Source: an uncultured Pseudomonadota bacterium (GTDB taxonomy: Bacteria > JAMCPX01). Taken from it: 64,000 bases of DNA. The notes beneath the pieces are model-generated. The model saw nothing but the letters and a program-made list of their open reading frames with translations. It had not been told where the DNA came from and searched no databases. Positions 26,893-36,638 of the stretch are shown here, piece by piece. The stretch is from positions 4,111 through 68,110 of the forward strand of contig CAZJPN010000036.1 of the NCBI GenBank assembly GCA_964547905.1, read 5' to 3'. The translations under genes and the position numbers were made by a program. Position 1 is the stretch's first letter. Each line of letters begins with the position of its first letter.

Positions 26893-29655
26893 ATGGCACA
26901 AAAGATAAAGCGCATATACTTCTTTGCAAAAGGTAAGGCTGACGGCAAAGGCGATATGAAGGATCTGCTCGGCGGTAAAGGGGCAGGCCTTGCTGAAATG
27001 ACAAGGGCAGGCATACCGGTACCGCCAGGGTTTACTATTCCCACAACTGTATGTCTGGAATATTTTAGAAAAGGTATGAAAGTTCCCCCGGATTTAAAAG
27101 AGGATATCAAACAATCGATAAAAAGATTGGAGTCCGTTACAGGTAAAGGATTTGGCAATAAAGATAACCCTTTACTTGTATCCGTCCGTTCAGGTGCAAA
27201 GTTCTCAATGCCAGGTATGATGGATACCATACTCAACCTTGGACTGAATGACCAGACCGTTTCAGGTCTGGCAGACAAAACAGGCAATCAAAGGTTTGCT
27301 TACGATAGCTACAGAAGATTCATGTATATGTTTGGCGATGTCGTACTTGGTATGGGTAAAAAGGTTTTTGAAGAGATCTTCGAGGGATATAAAAAGAAAT
27401 TCAACGCAAAAGATGACACATCCGTTCCTCCGGCAGCATTAAAGTCCGTGGTAGAGGATTTTAAGAGCATTATCAAATCAAAGACAAAGATAGAATTCCC
27501 GCAGGACCCTTATCGGCAGTTATTTATGGCGATAGAGGCTGTTTTTAAATCATGGAACAATGACAGGGCAATATACTATAGAAAGCAGAACAACATACCT
27601 GAAACCCTTGGTACAGCAGTGAATGTTCAAACAATGGTATTTGGGAATACCGGTGATAAGTCCGCAACGGGTGTAGGTTTTACCCGTAATCCTGCCACAG
27701 GAGGAAAAATGTTTTATGGTGAGTATCTCACCAATGCCCAGGGAGAGGATGTTGTCGCAGGTATAAGGACACCAAAACCTATATCAGAGCTTGCCCATGA
27801 GATGCCTGTTGTCTTTCGGCAGCTTAGAGAGATAACGACCAGGCTCGAGAAGCACTATAGGGATGTTCAGGATTTTGAATTTACCATTGAGAATGAGAAG
27901 CTGTACATGCTTCAGACGAGAACAGGCAAAAGAACCCCTCAGGCTGCGCTGAAGATTGCTGTTGATCTGGTAAAAGAAAAGCTTATCACGAAAGAACAGG
28001 CAATAGCAAGGATAGAGCCTGACAAGCTTGAACAACTTCTTCATCCGGTCTTCGATCCAAAGGCAAAGTATGAGGTCGTTGCAAAAGGGCTTGCAGCATC
28101 ACCCGGTGCAGCTTCGGGTATGGTTGTTCTTGATGCAAATAAGGCTGTAGAATGGTCTCAGAAAGGTCAGGCAGTTGTCCTTTTGAGAGAAGAAACGTCT
28201 CCGGATGACATACACGGCATGGATGCGTCAAAGGGCATTCTTACAAGACACGGGGGTATGACATCGCATGCCGCTGTTGTGGCAAGGCAGTACGGTAAAC
28301 CTGCTGTTGTCGGTTGTGAAGCCCTTGAGATCGATGAGAAAACGCATGCCGTAAAGATAGGCGACAAATTATTAAAAGAGGGTGATTATATATCAATCAA
28401 CGGAACGACAGGAGAGGTAATTATAGGAAAGATCCCATTTGTAGATCCGGGTCTTACCGGTGACTTCAAAATCATCATGACTTGGGCTGACAACATCAGA
28501 AGGCTTGGTGTAAGGGCAAATGCTGATACACCGAGGGATGCAAACAGGGCAAGGGCATTCGGTGCACAGGGTGTAGGATTGTGCAGAACCGAACACATGT
28601 TTTTTGCAGAAGACAGGATAGGGATCATGCAGAAAATGATCCTTTCAGAAACAAGGAAAGAGAGACTCAAATTCCTTGACATGCTCCTTGTTATGCAAAG
28701 ACAGGATTTTATCGGTATCTTAAAGGAGATGCAGGGCTTGCCCGTTACGATAAGACTACTCGACCCGCCACTCCATGAATTTCTGCCAAAAAGAGAAGAA
28801 TTGATGGTAGAAATAACAAAGCTTGAACTACAGGGTGGGAATCAACCAGTTTTAGCAGAAAAAAAGAAACTCCTGTCAAGAGTCGAAGAGTTGCATGAAT
28901 TTAACCCAATGCTCGGACTCAGAGGTGCAAGGCTTGGTATTATAATGCCTGATATAACTAGGATGCAGGTTAGGGCAATCATAGAGGCCGCATGTGAACT
29001 TATGAATCAGGGTATAAAAGTCTATCCGGAGATCATGCTGCCTGTAATCAGTATGGTTGAGGAGATGCATGCACAAAAGACGATTGTACTGCAAACAGCT
29101 CAAGAGGTGATGAAACAAAAGAACAAGAAGATAAAATTCATGGTGGGAACAATGATAGAATTGCCCAGGGCAGCCATAACCGCGGATGAGATTGCACGGG
29201 AGGCGGAGTTTTTCTCTTTTGGAACAAACGATCTTACCCAGACTACGTATGGCTTTTCAAGGGATGATGCCGGAAGATTTATAAGCTTCTACAGATCTTA
29301 TTCAGAGCATTGTCCTATATGCGGCGGAAGGCTGAACAAGGACGGAGTTTGTGAAGTTTGCGGTTATCATGTGACAATAAAACCGCAAAATATATTATCT
29401 TTTGATCCATTTGCAACCATTGATGTAAAGGGTGTCGGTGAGCTTGTAAAAATAGCAGTTGAAAAAGGCAGGAAAACAAGGCCGGATATAAAGCTTGGTA
29501 TATGTGGTGAGCATGGGGGTGATCCGCAAACCATTCATTTCTGTCACAATGCAGGCTTGACCTACGTAAGCTGTTCCCCGTACAGGATCCCTGTTGCAAG
29601 GCTTGCAGCGGCACAAGCATCATTGAACGACAAATTAGAAAAACATAAAAAATAA
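26893..29655 (+). CDS. ppdK: Pyruvate, phosphate dikinase (with an inserted CxxC-x9-CxxC segment)
   Basis: 920 aa. Motifs LLGGKGAGLAEM, GGMTSHAAVVAR (catalytic His), FFSFGTNDLTQ and GICGEHGGDP. Confidence 0.95.
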   Translation: MAQKIKRIYFFAKGKADGKGDMKDLLGGKGAGLAEMTRAGIPVPPGFTIPTTVCLEYFRKGMKVPPDLKEDIKQSIKRLESVTGKGFGNKDNPLLVSVRSGAKFSMPGMMDTILNLGLNDQTVSGLADKTGNQRFAYDSYRRFMYMFGDVVLGMGKKVFEEIFEGYKKKFNAKDDTSVPPAALKSVVEDFKSIIKSKTKIEFPQDPYRQLFMAIEAVFKSWNNDRAIYYRKQNNIPETLGTAVNVQTMVFGNTGDKSATGVGFTRNPATGGKMFYGEYLTNAQGEDVVAGIRTPKPISELAHEMPVVFRQLREITTRLEKHYRDVQDFEFTIENEKLYMLQTRTGKRTPQAALKIAVDLVKEKLITKEQAIARIEPDKLEQLLHPVFDPKAKYEVVAKGLAASPGAASGMVVLDANKAVEWSQKGQAVVLLREETSPDDIHGMDASKGILTRHGGMTSHAAVVARQYGKPAVVGCEALEIDEKTHAVKIGDKLLKEGDYISINGTTGEVIIGKIPFVDPGLTGDFKIIMTWADNIRRLGVRANADTPRDANRARAFGAQGVGLCRTEHMFFAEDRIGIMQKMILSETRKERLKFLDMLLVMQRQDFIGILKEMQGLPVTIRLLDPPLHEFLPKREELMVEITKLELQGGNQPVLAEKKKLLSRVEELHEFNPMLGLRGARLGIIMPDITRMQVRAIIEAACELMNQGIKVYPEIMLPVISMVEEMHAQKTIVLQTAQEVMKQKNKKIKFMVGTMIELPRAAITADEIAREAEFFSFGTNDLTQTTYGFSRDDAGRFISFYRSYSEHCPICGGRLNKDGVCEVCGYHVTIKPQNILSFDPFATIDVKGVGELVKIAVEKGRKTRPDIKLGICGEHGGDPQTIHFCHNAGLTYVSCSPYRIPVARLAAAQASLNDKLEKHKK

Positions 29656-29671
29656 ACGGGTGAAAAAACGC

Positions 29672-29705
29672 AAAAGGGTTGGGCAACCAACCCTTTTGGT
29701 GTTTT
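29672..29705 (+). terminator. Rho-independent terminator after ppdK
   Basis: Perfect 11-bp stem aaaagggttgg-gcaa-ccaaccctttt followed by ggtgtttt. Confidence 0.75.
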
Positions 29706-29971
29706 AGATTTACTTTAAAATCCATAATTCTTTAGATTAATAAGATCGTTAGCCTATATTTATTGAATAATTGTCAATATCACTTTTGGTGGGTGAAAGC
29801 ACGCAGTGCATTTCCTTGGTTAACCCAAAAATTGCATTTAAAAGATAGAGGGGATTTGTGTAGTTCGTAGATTTTCCTATTGCATTTTTTTGGATAACAT
29901 CAAATTTTGAGGAAACGTTAATTTTGTAAGTTAATTTGACATAAACTATATTTTTTTGTAGAAAGACAAAC

Positions 29972-30640
29972 ATGCACAAATATATCAAATATAGTGCTTT
30001 AATAGGTTTATTGTTAATATCAGGCTGTATAAATGTCAAAGAGGATATAGTACTTAATCTAAACGGCTCTGGAAGTATGCATCTTGCTTATTATATACCA
30101 GAGGCACTTATGAAAGATCAAAACAGTCTTCGCAATGCCATGGCACAAACGGGCATTGAATTCCCTTTGACGACGAAAGATTTCAACAATCAGTTTGCAG
30201 GTCTCCAAGGTGTAAAGGTTAAGAGTGTAAAGGCATTTACTGACAAAGGATATTATATAATTGACGGAATGATAGGATTTAGCAACATCAATAATTTGAA
30301 GATGAGTAATATACAATTTAACCTTAAGAAAGTTAATAAGGACAATGAATTGATAATTTCTTTAATCAATTCCATGAATAAAAAACATGAACAAACCTCA
30401 GGGACAAAAATAAATTATGAAAATATATTGAAGGGTACCCTTGCTAATTATGGCATAAAATTTGATGTGAGCTTTCCTACGAAGGTGATCTCAGCCAATG
30501 GTAATATACAGAGCAGGGATGTCAAGTGGGATGTGCCAATGAATGTGTTTTTAAAAAGTCAGGCAAAAGAAATGGAGTTGAGAGCTGTTTACAGCGGTAC
30601 TCCCACATTCCTTGACCGGATAAAGGATTTTTTTAGATAA
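29972..30640 (+). CDS. Hypothetical lipoprotein
   Basis: Signal peptide with the lipobox LLISGC (MHKYIKYSALIGLLLISGC). Confidence 0.65.
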   Translation: MHKYIKYSALIGLLLISGCINVKEDIVLNLNGSGSMHLAYYIPEALMKDQNSLRNAMAQTGIEFPLTTKDFNNQFAGLQGVKVKSVKAFTDKGYYIIDGMIGFSNINNLKMSNIQFNLKKVNKDNELIISLINSMNKKHEQTSGTKINYENILKGTLANYGIKFDVSFPTKVISANGNIQSRDVKWDVPMNVFLKSQAKEMELRAVYSGTPTFLDRIKDFFR

Positions 30641-31704
30641 TGAAGGCACTTATACTGAGCGGTGGTAAGGGGACGCGCCTGAGGCCCATTACTCATACAG
30701 GCGCAAAACAGCTCATCCCGGTTGCGAATAAGCCGATACTCTTTTATGCGATAGAGGCTATAAGAGATGCAGGTATAAAAGATATCGGCATAATTGTAGG
30801 AGACACCGCTGAAGAGGTTAAGAATGCCGTAGCGAACGGCAGGAGATTCGGCGTAAAAATAACATACATACAACAGGATGAGCCACTTGGGCTTGCTCAT
30901 GCGGTCCTTATAGCAAAGGATTTTCTTAAAGACGATGAATTCGTTATGTATCTTGGGGATAACCTTATCAAAAGCGGTATTACAAACCTTATTGAGCAGT
31001 TCAAACAACAATCCCCTAATTCCCAGATACTGCTTGCCCATGTAAAAAATCCAAGCCAATTTGGTGTGGCAGAGCTTAAAGACTCAAAGGTGATAAGGCT
31101 TGTAGAAAAGCCCAAAAAGCCCAAAAGTGATCTTGCACTGGTCGGTGTTTACATGTTCGATAAAAACATCCATACGGCGGTCAGAGCAATTAAACCGTCA
31201 AAAAGAGGCGAACTTGAGATCACGGATGCAATCCAATGGCTTATAGACAACAATTTCAAAGTGCTGCCTCACATTGTAACAGGATGGTGGAAGGATACAG
31301 GCAAGCTCGAAGATATGCTTGAGGCAAACAGGATGATGCTTGATCTATATGAAACGGATATAAAGGGTGATGTTGATGGGCAATCCCGTGTGCAGTTTAA
31401 GGTTGTTATTGAAGAGGGTGCCATTGTTAAAAATTCTATAATCAGAGGACCTGCTGCTATCGGCAGCGGTGCAAAAATTATAAATTCATACATTGGTCCG
31501 TTTACCGCCATATCGTCCGGTACGCAGGTTATAAATAGCGAGATAGAACACAGCATAATCCTCGAGAATTGTCTTATAGAGGATGTTGGTATTAAGATAG
31601 AAGACAGTCTTGTTGGCAGAAATGTTGAGGTAAAGAAGCTGAACGAAAAGCCAAAGGTCTACAGGCTGCTGCTCGGTGACAACAGCAAGGTTGGACTGCC
31701 GTAG
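30640..31704 (+). CDS. rmlA: Glucose-1-phosphate thymidylyltransferase, long form with a C-terminal left-handed beta-helix
   Basis: MKALILSGGKGTRLRPITHTGAKQLIPVANKP. The C-terminus has hexapeptide-like repeats. Confidence 0.85.
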   Translation: MKALILSGGKGTRLRPITHTGAKQLIPVANKPILFYAIEAIRDAGIKDIGIIVGDTAEEVKNAVANGRRFGVKITYIQQDEPLGLAHAVLIAKDFLKDDEFVMYLGDNLIKSGITNLIEQFKQQSPNSQILLAHVKNPSQFGVAELKDSKVIRLVEKPKKPKSDLALVGVYMFDKNIHTAVRAIKPSKRGELEITDAIQWLIDNNFKVLPHIVTGWWKDTGKLEDMLEANRMMLDLYETDIKGDVDGQSRVQFKVVIEEGAIVKNSIIRGPAAIGSGAKIINSYIGPFTAISSGTQVINSEIEHSIILENCLIEDVGIKIEDSLVGRNVEVKKLNEKPKVYRLLLGDNSKVGLP

Positions 31705-31740
31705 GAGAAGAAGGAAAAATAAAGTTGATCCCCATTGCTG

Positions 31741-31855
31741 CCCCTCCCTTAATGGGAGGGGAAAAAGGGGAGGGTGAAACTTTCAGCTTATCACCTCCTC
31801 CTCACCTCCCCCGTCGAGGGGGAGGGATAAGAGAACAACTGCGGCAAGACCGCAG
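31741..31855. repeat. Cluster of G/C-rich hairpins in the rmlA-rmlC spacer
   Basis: Hairpins are cccctccc-ttaat-gggagggg (31741-31761), cctccccc-gtcga-gggggagg (31805-31825) and ctgcgg-caaga-ccgcag (31839-31855). Confidence 0.7.
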
Positions 31856-31894
31856 GATAGTACAAGTTAAATATTAAATTAGGAGAATAAATTT

Positions 31895-32350
31895 ATGATA
31901 GAGGGTGTTAGAATAAAAACCTTGAAGGTTATATGTGATGAGCGCGGCAGGCTTATGGAAATACTCCGTTCCGATGATGAACTTTTTACAAAATTCGGAC
32001 AGGTTTATATGACGACGGCATACCCCGGTGTAGTAAAGGCATGGCATTACCATAAATATCAAACGGATAATATGAGCGTGGTGAAAGGCATAATGAAGAT
32101 CGTACTCTACGATGACAGAGAAGGTTCAAAAACAAAGGGAGAGCTAAACCAGTTTTTCGTGGGCGAGCATAATCCAATACTCGTTTCCATACCCGAGATG
32201 GTTTATCATGGGTTCAAGTGTATAAGTGAGACGGAGGCAATTGTTATCAATATACCAACGAACATATTTAATTATAAACAGCCCGATGAATACAGGATCG
32301 ATCCTCACAAAAACGATATACCGTACGACTGGTCCAGAAAGGATGGATAA
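31895..32350 (+). CDS. rmlC: dTDP-4-dehydrorhamnose 3,5-epimerase-like cupin (short RmlC family)
   Basis: DERGRLMEI...VKAWHYHKYQTDNMSVVKG...YHGF, and its position within the rml operon. Confidence 0.7.
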   Translation: MIEGVRIKTLKVICDERGRLMEILRSDDELFTKFGQVYMTTAYPGVVKAWHYHKYQTDNMSVVKGIMKIVLYDDREGSKTKGELNQFFVGEHNPILVSIPEMVYHGFKCISETEAIVINIPTNIFNYKQPDEYRIDPHKNDIPYDWSRKDG

Positions 32351-32362
32351 TAAAGACGTATA

Positions 32363-33391
32363 ATGAAGCTACTCGTTACCGGTGGTGCTGGATTTATAGG
32401 CTCTAATTTTATACTCTACATGTTGGAACACCATCAGGATTATGACATTATTAATCTTGATAAGCTTACCTATGCAGGTAATCTCGAGAATCTTAAGTCC
32501 GCCGCGGCCAATAAACGTTATTTCTTTATCAAGGGTGATATAGCTGATGCAAAGCTTGTCAGCGATATAATGGATAAGGGTGTAGATGCTGTAATAAACT
32601 TTGCTGCAGAGTCCCACGTGGACAGGAGCATACTTGAACCTGCATCCTTCATAAAGACGAATGTGCTGGGCACACAAATACTGCTTGATATTGCAAAGGA
32701 AAAGCATATCTCGCGATTTGTTCAGATCTCGACAGATGAGGTTTATGGGTCCCTTGGTGCAACAGGCAGGTTTTCAGAGACAACGTGTCTGCATCCCAAT
32801 AGTCCTTACTCAGCAAGTAAGGCCTCTGCGGATATGATTGTGCTTGCCTATCATGCGACCTTTCATACGCCTGTCTTAATAACAAGAACATCGAATAATT
32901 ATGGTCCATATCAGTTTCCGGAGAAGCTTCTTCCTCTTGCAATCACGAACCTGCTTGAGGGAGAACAGATCCCAATATATGGAGATGGATTGAATATAAG
33001 GGACTGGATCTTTGTTATGGATAATGCTGAGGCGATAGATATTGTTTTGCATAAGGGCAAAGAAGGTGAGGTTTACAATATCGGAGCAGGATGCGAGAGT
33101 ACAAATATATCCTTAATCAAGACCGTCGTAAAGCTCATGGACAAACCTGAATCGCTGATAACCTATGTCAAAGACAGACCGGGTCATGATAAAAGATACG
33201 CCATAGACCCCTCGAAGATTATGACTCGGCTTGGTTGGTTTCCTCACACCTCGCTTGAAGAAGGATTGGCAATAACTGTAGACTGGTATTTAAACAATCG
33301 AGATTGGTGGAAGAGGGTTAAGTCGGGCGAGTATCTCAAGTACTATGAGCAAAACTATTCAACAAAAGGATTGCAGACAGAGCGAAGATGA
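32363..33391 (+). CDS. rmlB: dTDP-glucose 4,6-dehydratase
   Basis: [25 protein letters not shown]. 342 aa. Confidence 0.92.
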   Translation: MKLLVTGGAGFIGSNFILYMLEHHQDYDIINLDKLTYAGNLENLKSAAANKRYFFIKGDIADAKLVSDIMDKGVDAVINFAAESHVDRSILEPASFIKTNVLGTQILLDIAKEKHISRFVQISTDEVYGSLGATGRFSETTCLHPNSPYSASKASADMIVLAYHATFHTPVLITRTSNNYGPYQFPEKLLPLAITNLLEGEQIPIYGDGLNIRDWIFVMDNAEAIDIVLHKGKEGEVYNIGAGCESTNISLIKTVVKLMDKPESLITYVKDRPGHDKRYAIDPSKIMTRLGWFPHTSLEEGLAITVDWYLNNRDWWKRVKSGEYLKYYEQNYSTKGLQTERR

Positions 33392-34251
33392 TAGCCCCTA
33401 AGGTTGTTATTATAGGTGCCGGTGGTATGCTTGCCACAGCATTGGAACAGGTACTGAGCCATGCATCAAGCTTGATGGCTCTTCCAGAAAGTCAGCTCGA
33501 TATAACGGATAAGGATGCTGTCATCGGGTTAATCAAGAAAACAAAACCGGATGTCATTATCAATGCAGCAGCTTATACGGCTGTTGATAACTGTGAGACC
33601 GATAGAGAAAGAGCAATGCTGGTAAACGGTACTTCAGTTGGCTATCTTGCACGGGCTTCACAGATGACAGGGGCAAGACTTATTCATATGAGCACCGATT
33701 ATATCTTTGATGGAGAGAAAGAAGGTCCATACACAGAGAACGACAAGCCTAATCCCATTTCAGTATACGGTCAATCCAAGCTTATGGGAGAACAGGAACT
33801 CTTACGCTTTACACAGAATTATATAATCATAAGGACACAATGGTTGTATGGAGGAAATGGCAAAAATTTTGTTGATACGATTGTTCAGCTTGCACAGCAA
33901 AAAGATGAGCTAAAGGTTGTTGATGACCAGTACGGCAGCCCGACTTATACGAAAGACCTTGCCACTGTTGTTCAGTGGTTTGTTGAGCACATTGACATTG
34001 ACAGTAGGATCCTCAATTTTTCAAACGAAGGTATTGTTTCATGGTTTGGATTTGCGCGTGAAATATTAAAACTTGCAGGCATAAAAACGAAGATCATACC
34101 AGTTGATTCCGGTGCGTTTCCAAGACCTGCAAAAAGACCTCACAATTCTGCATTGGACAAAACAGCGATCAAACGGATTACAAGGATTGACATAAGGCCA
34201 TGGTATGATGCACTGTATGAATACATGAAAAATACGGAAAGGATACGATAA
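33388..34251 (+). CDS. rmlD: dTDP-4-dehydrorhamnose reductase
   Basis: IIGAGGMLA...STDYIFDG...YGQSKL. Overlaps the rmlB stop by 4 nt. Confidence 0.9.
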   Translation: MIAPKVVIIGAGGMLATALEQVLSHASSLMALPESQLDITDKDAVIGLIKKTKPDVIINAAAYTAVDNCETDRERAMLVNGTSVGYLARASQMTGARLIHMSTDYIFDGEKEGPYTENDKPNPISVYGQSKLMGEQELLRFTQNYIIIRTQWLYGGNGKNFVDTIVQLAQQKDELKVVDDQYGSPTYTKDLATVVQWFVEHIDIDSRILNFSNEGIVSWFGFAREILKLAGIKTKIIPVDSGAFPRPAKRPHNSALDKTAIKRITRIDIRPWYDALYEYMKNTERIR

Positions 34252-34275
34252 CACAAAATTCAACATTAAATATTA

Positions 34276-34323
34276 AAAATTCAAGATTCAAAAAATTAAA
34301 GATGAGAAATTCAAGACTCAAAG
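34276..34323. repeat. Intergenic copy of the ttcaagattcaaaa..ttaaagat repeat seen in the glyQ tail
   Basis: aaaattcaagattcaaaaaattaaagatgagaaattcaagactcaaagg shares tcaagattcaaaa(a)ttaaagat with 24563-24586. Confidence 0.7.
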
Positions 34324-34332
34324 GAGATTAGC

Positions 34333-35631
34333 GTGAAGCTTACTATTATAGGAACGGGCTATGTAGGGCTTGTTACGGGTGCGTGCTTTGCCGACAGCGG
34401 CAACGATGTTATCTGTATAGATATCGATAAAAAAAAGATTGATTTCCTTAAAAAGGGGGTTGTTCCAATATACGAGCCTGGCTTAAAAGAACTTATACAG
34501 AAGAATCATAAAGAAGGTAGATTGGAGTTTACAACGGATATGAAGAATGCTGTCCGGAGATCAAGCATTATATTTATTGCCGTCGGTACACCTTCCGATC
34601 ATAACGGAGCAACGGACCTCGGTGCAATAAAAGCGGTTGCGAGGGATATCGGCAGGTATATGAACGAGCATAAAATTATTGTTACAAAAAGCACGGTTCC
34701 CGTAGGAACCGCCGATGTGATCAAGAAAATTATAGCCAAAGAAACGGGTCTTCAATTTGATGTCGCTTCAAACCCGGAGTTTTTAAAAGAAGGTGCTGCA
34801 ATAGATGATTTTATGAAACCGGATCGCGTTGTCGTGGGTGTAGAGAATGAAAAGGCAGGTGATATTCTACGATCACTGTACGAACCGTTCACACGCACAG
34901 GGAATCCAATCATCGTTACAGATATAAGAAGTTCTGAGATGATAAAGTATGCTGCAAATGCAATGCTGGCAACAAAGATCTCATTTATAAATGAAATTGC
35001 GAATCTGTGTACCATTACAGGTGCAAACATCGATGATGTGAGAAAGGGTATAGGTTATGATAATCGTATAGGTCACCTTTTTCTCTTTCCCGGAGTGGGA
35101 TACGGTGGATCGTGTTTTCCGAAGGACGTAAAAAGTATAATACATGTCGGGAAACGATATGGTTATGGCATGGATTTATTATCTGCGGTTGATCGCGTAA
35201 ATAACAACCAAAAGGCATTGATGCCCATTGTAATAAAAAGGCATTTTAAAGGTAAGTTGAAGGGCAAGCGGCTGGCAGTATGGGGGCTCGCATTTAAGCC
35301 AAAGACAGACGATATACGGGAGGCCCCGTCCATTGTAATTATAAATGCTCTGTTAAAAGCCGGGGCACTCGTCGTAGCCCATGACCCGGAGGCAATTCAG
35401 AATATAAAAGCTATGTTCGGCAACAGGATTAAGTACGCCGAGGATATGTACACCGCTCTCAAAGACGCAGATGGACTTGTGCTCGTTACCGAGTGGAACG
35501 AGTACAGAAAGCCCGATTTCGAAAGAATGTTAAGATTGATGAAGGGAAAAGTGATCTTTGATGGAAGGAATATCTTTGACAAACAACAGCTTTTGGATAT
35601 TGGTTTTGAATATTACGGTATAGGAAGGTAG
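34333..35631 (+). CDS. ugd: UDP-glucose 6-dehydrogenase
   Basis: GTG start with an AAGGAG SD. MKLTIIGTGYVGLVTGACFA and GGSCFPKD (catalytic Cys). Confidence 0.92.
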   Translation: MKLTIIGTGYVGLVTGACFADSGNDVICIDIDKKKIDFLKKGVVPIYEPGLKELIQKNHKEGRLEFTTDMKNAVRRSSIIFIAVGTPSDHNGATDLGAIKAVARDIGRYMNEHKIIVTKSTVPVGTADVIKKIIAKETGLQFDVASNPEFLKEGAAIDDFMKPDRVVVGVENEKAGDILRSLYEPFTRTGNPIIVTDIRSSEMIKYAANAMLATKISFINEIANLCTITGANIDDVRKGIGYDNRIGHLFLFPGVGYGGSCFPKDVKSIIHVGKRYGYGMDLLSAVDRVNNNQKALMPIVIKRHFKGKLKGKRLAVWGLAFKPKTDDIREAPSIVIINALLKAGALVVAHDPEAIQNIKAMFGNRIKYAEDMYTALKDADGLVLVTEWNEYRKPDFERMLRLMKGKVIFDGRNIFDKQQLLDIGFEYYGIGR

Positions 35632-35637
35632 GTTACT

Positions 35638-36573
35638 TTGAATAAAAAGATTGCAATAACCGGTGGCGCCGGATTTATAGGTTCACATTTGTGCGAATAT
35701 TTTCTTGCAAAGTCTTATGAGGTGTTTTGTGTGGATAATCTGATAACAGGCTCTTTGGACAATATATCGCATCTGTTTGGTACGAAAGAATTTGTTTTTA
35801 TGAATCACGATATTGCAAATTATATACATATTCCAGGCAAGATAGATTATGTACTTAACTTTGCATCACCTGCAAGCCCCATTGATTACCTCGAACATCC
35901 GATAGAAACGCTGAAAGTAGGTTCCCTTGGAACTCATAAGTCCATAGGTCTTGCAAAGGATAAAGGTGCACGATATTTCCTTGCCTCAACATCTGAGGTT
36001 TATGGAGATCCGCTCGTCAATCCGCAGCCGGAAACATACTGGGGGAATGTTAATTCCGTTGGACCGCGCAGTGTTTATGATGAGGCTAAGCGTTTCGCAG
36101 AGGCAATGACCATGGCTTACCACAGGTTTCATAATATCGATGTAAGGATTGTAAGGATTTTTAACACCTATGGCCCCCGTATGCGTTTAAATGATGGACG
36201 TGTTGTCCCTAATTTCGTTATGCAGGCACTGCACAATGAACCTTTGACCGTTTATGGCGATGGTTCTCAAACAAGGAGCTTTTGCTATGTTTCCGATCTG
36301 GTTGAAGGTATATACAAGCTTTTAATGTCCGATTATGTCGGTCCGGTAAATCTTGGTAATCCGGAGGAATGGAAGATTATTGATTTTGCAAAGCATATCA
36401 TAGAGCTTTCAAGATCAAAAAGTGAGATCGTATATAAGCCTTTGCCTCAGGACGATCCAAAGCAGAGAAGACCCGATATAACGCTCGCAAAGAAGCTGCT
36501 CGGTTGGGAACCGAAGGTTAAACTGGATGAGGGCTTGAAAACAACGCTGGATTACTTCATAAAGAAGAAATAA
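35638..36573 (+). CDS. UDP-glucuronate decarboxylase (UDP-xylose synthase)
   Basis: TTG start. [12 protein letters not shown] and [11 protein letters not shown]. Has the UXS-like SDR layout. Confidence 0.85.
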   Translation: MNKKIAITGGAGFIGSHLCEYFLAKSYEVFCVDNLITGSLDNISHLFGTKEFVFMNHDIANYIHIPGKIDYVLNFASPASPIDYLEHPIETLKVGSLGTHKSIGLAKDKGARYFLASTSEVYGDPLVNPQPETYWGNVNSVGPRSVYDEAKRFAEAMTMAYHRFHNIDVRIVRIFNTYGPRMRLNDGRVVPNFVMQALHNEPLTVYGDGSQTRSFCYVSDLVEGIYKLLMSDYVGPVNLGNPEEWKIIDFAKHIIELSRSKSEIVYKPLPQDDPKQRRPDITLAKKLLGWEPKVKLDEGLKTTLDYFIKKK

Positions 36574-36574
36574 G

Positions 36575-36627
36575 TCCCGAAAAAGTTCAATAAGGAAGCA
36601 AACTTCCTTATTGAACTTTTTCGGACA
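36575..36627. terminator. Long hairpin between convergent genes (bidirectional terminator candidate)
   Basis: gtcccgaaaaagttcaataaggaag-caaa-cttccttattgaactttttcggac, a stem of about 24 bp with one bulge. Confidence 0.6.
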
Positions 36628-36638
36628 AGGGCCATCCT

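Noticed and set aside
29749-30039. 96-aa minus-strand ORF upstream of the lipoprotein gene
   Set aside because: It is low-complexity and AT-driven, overlaps the lipoprotein start, and has no motif.
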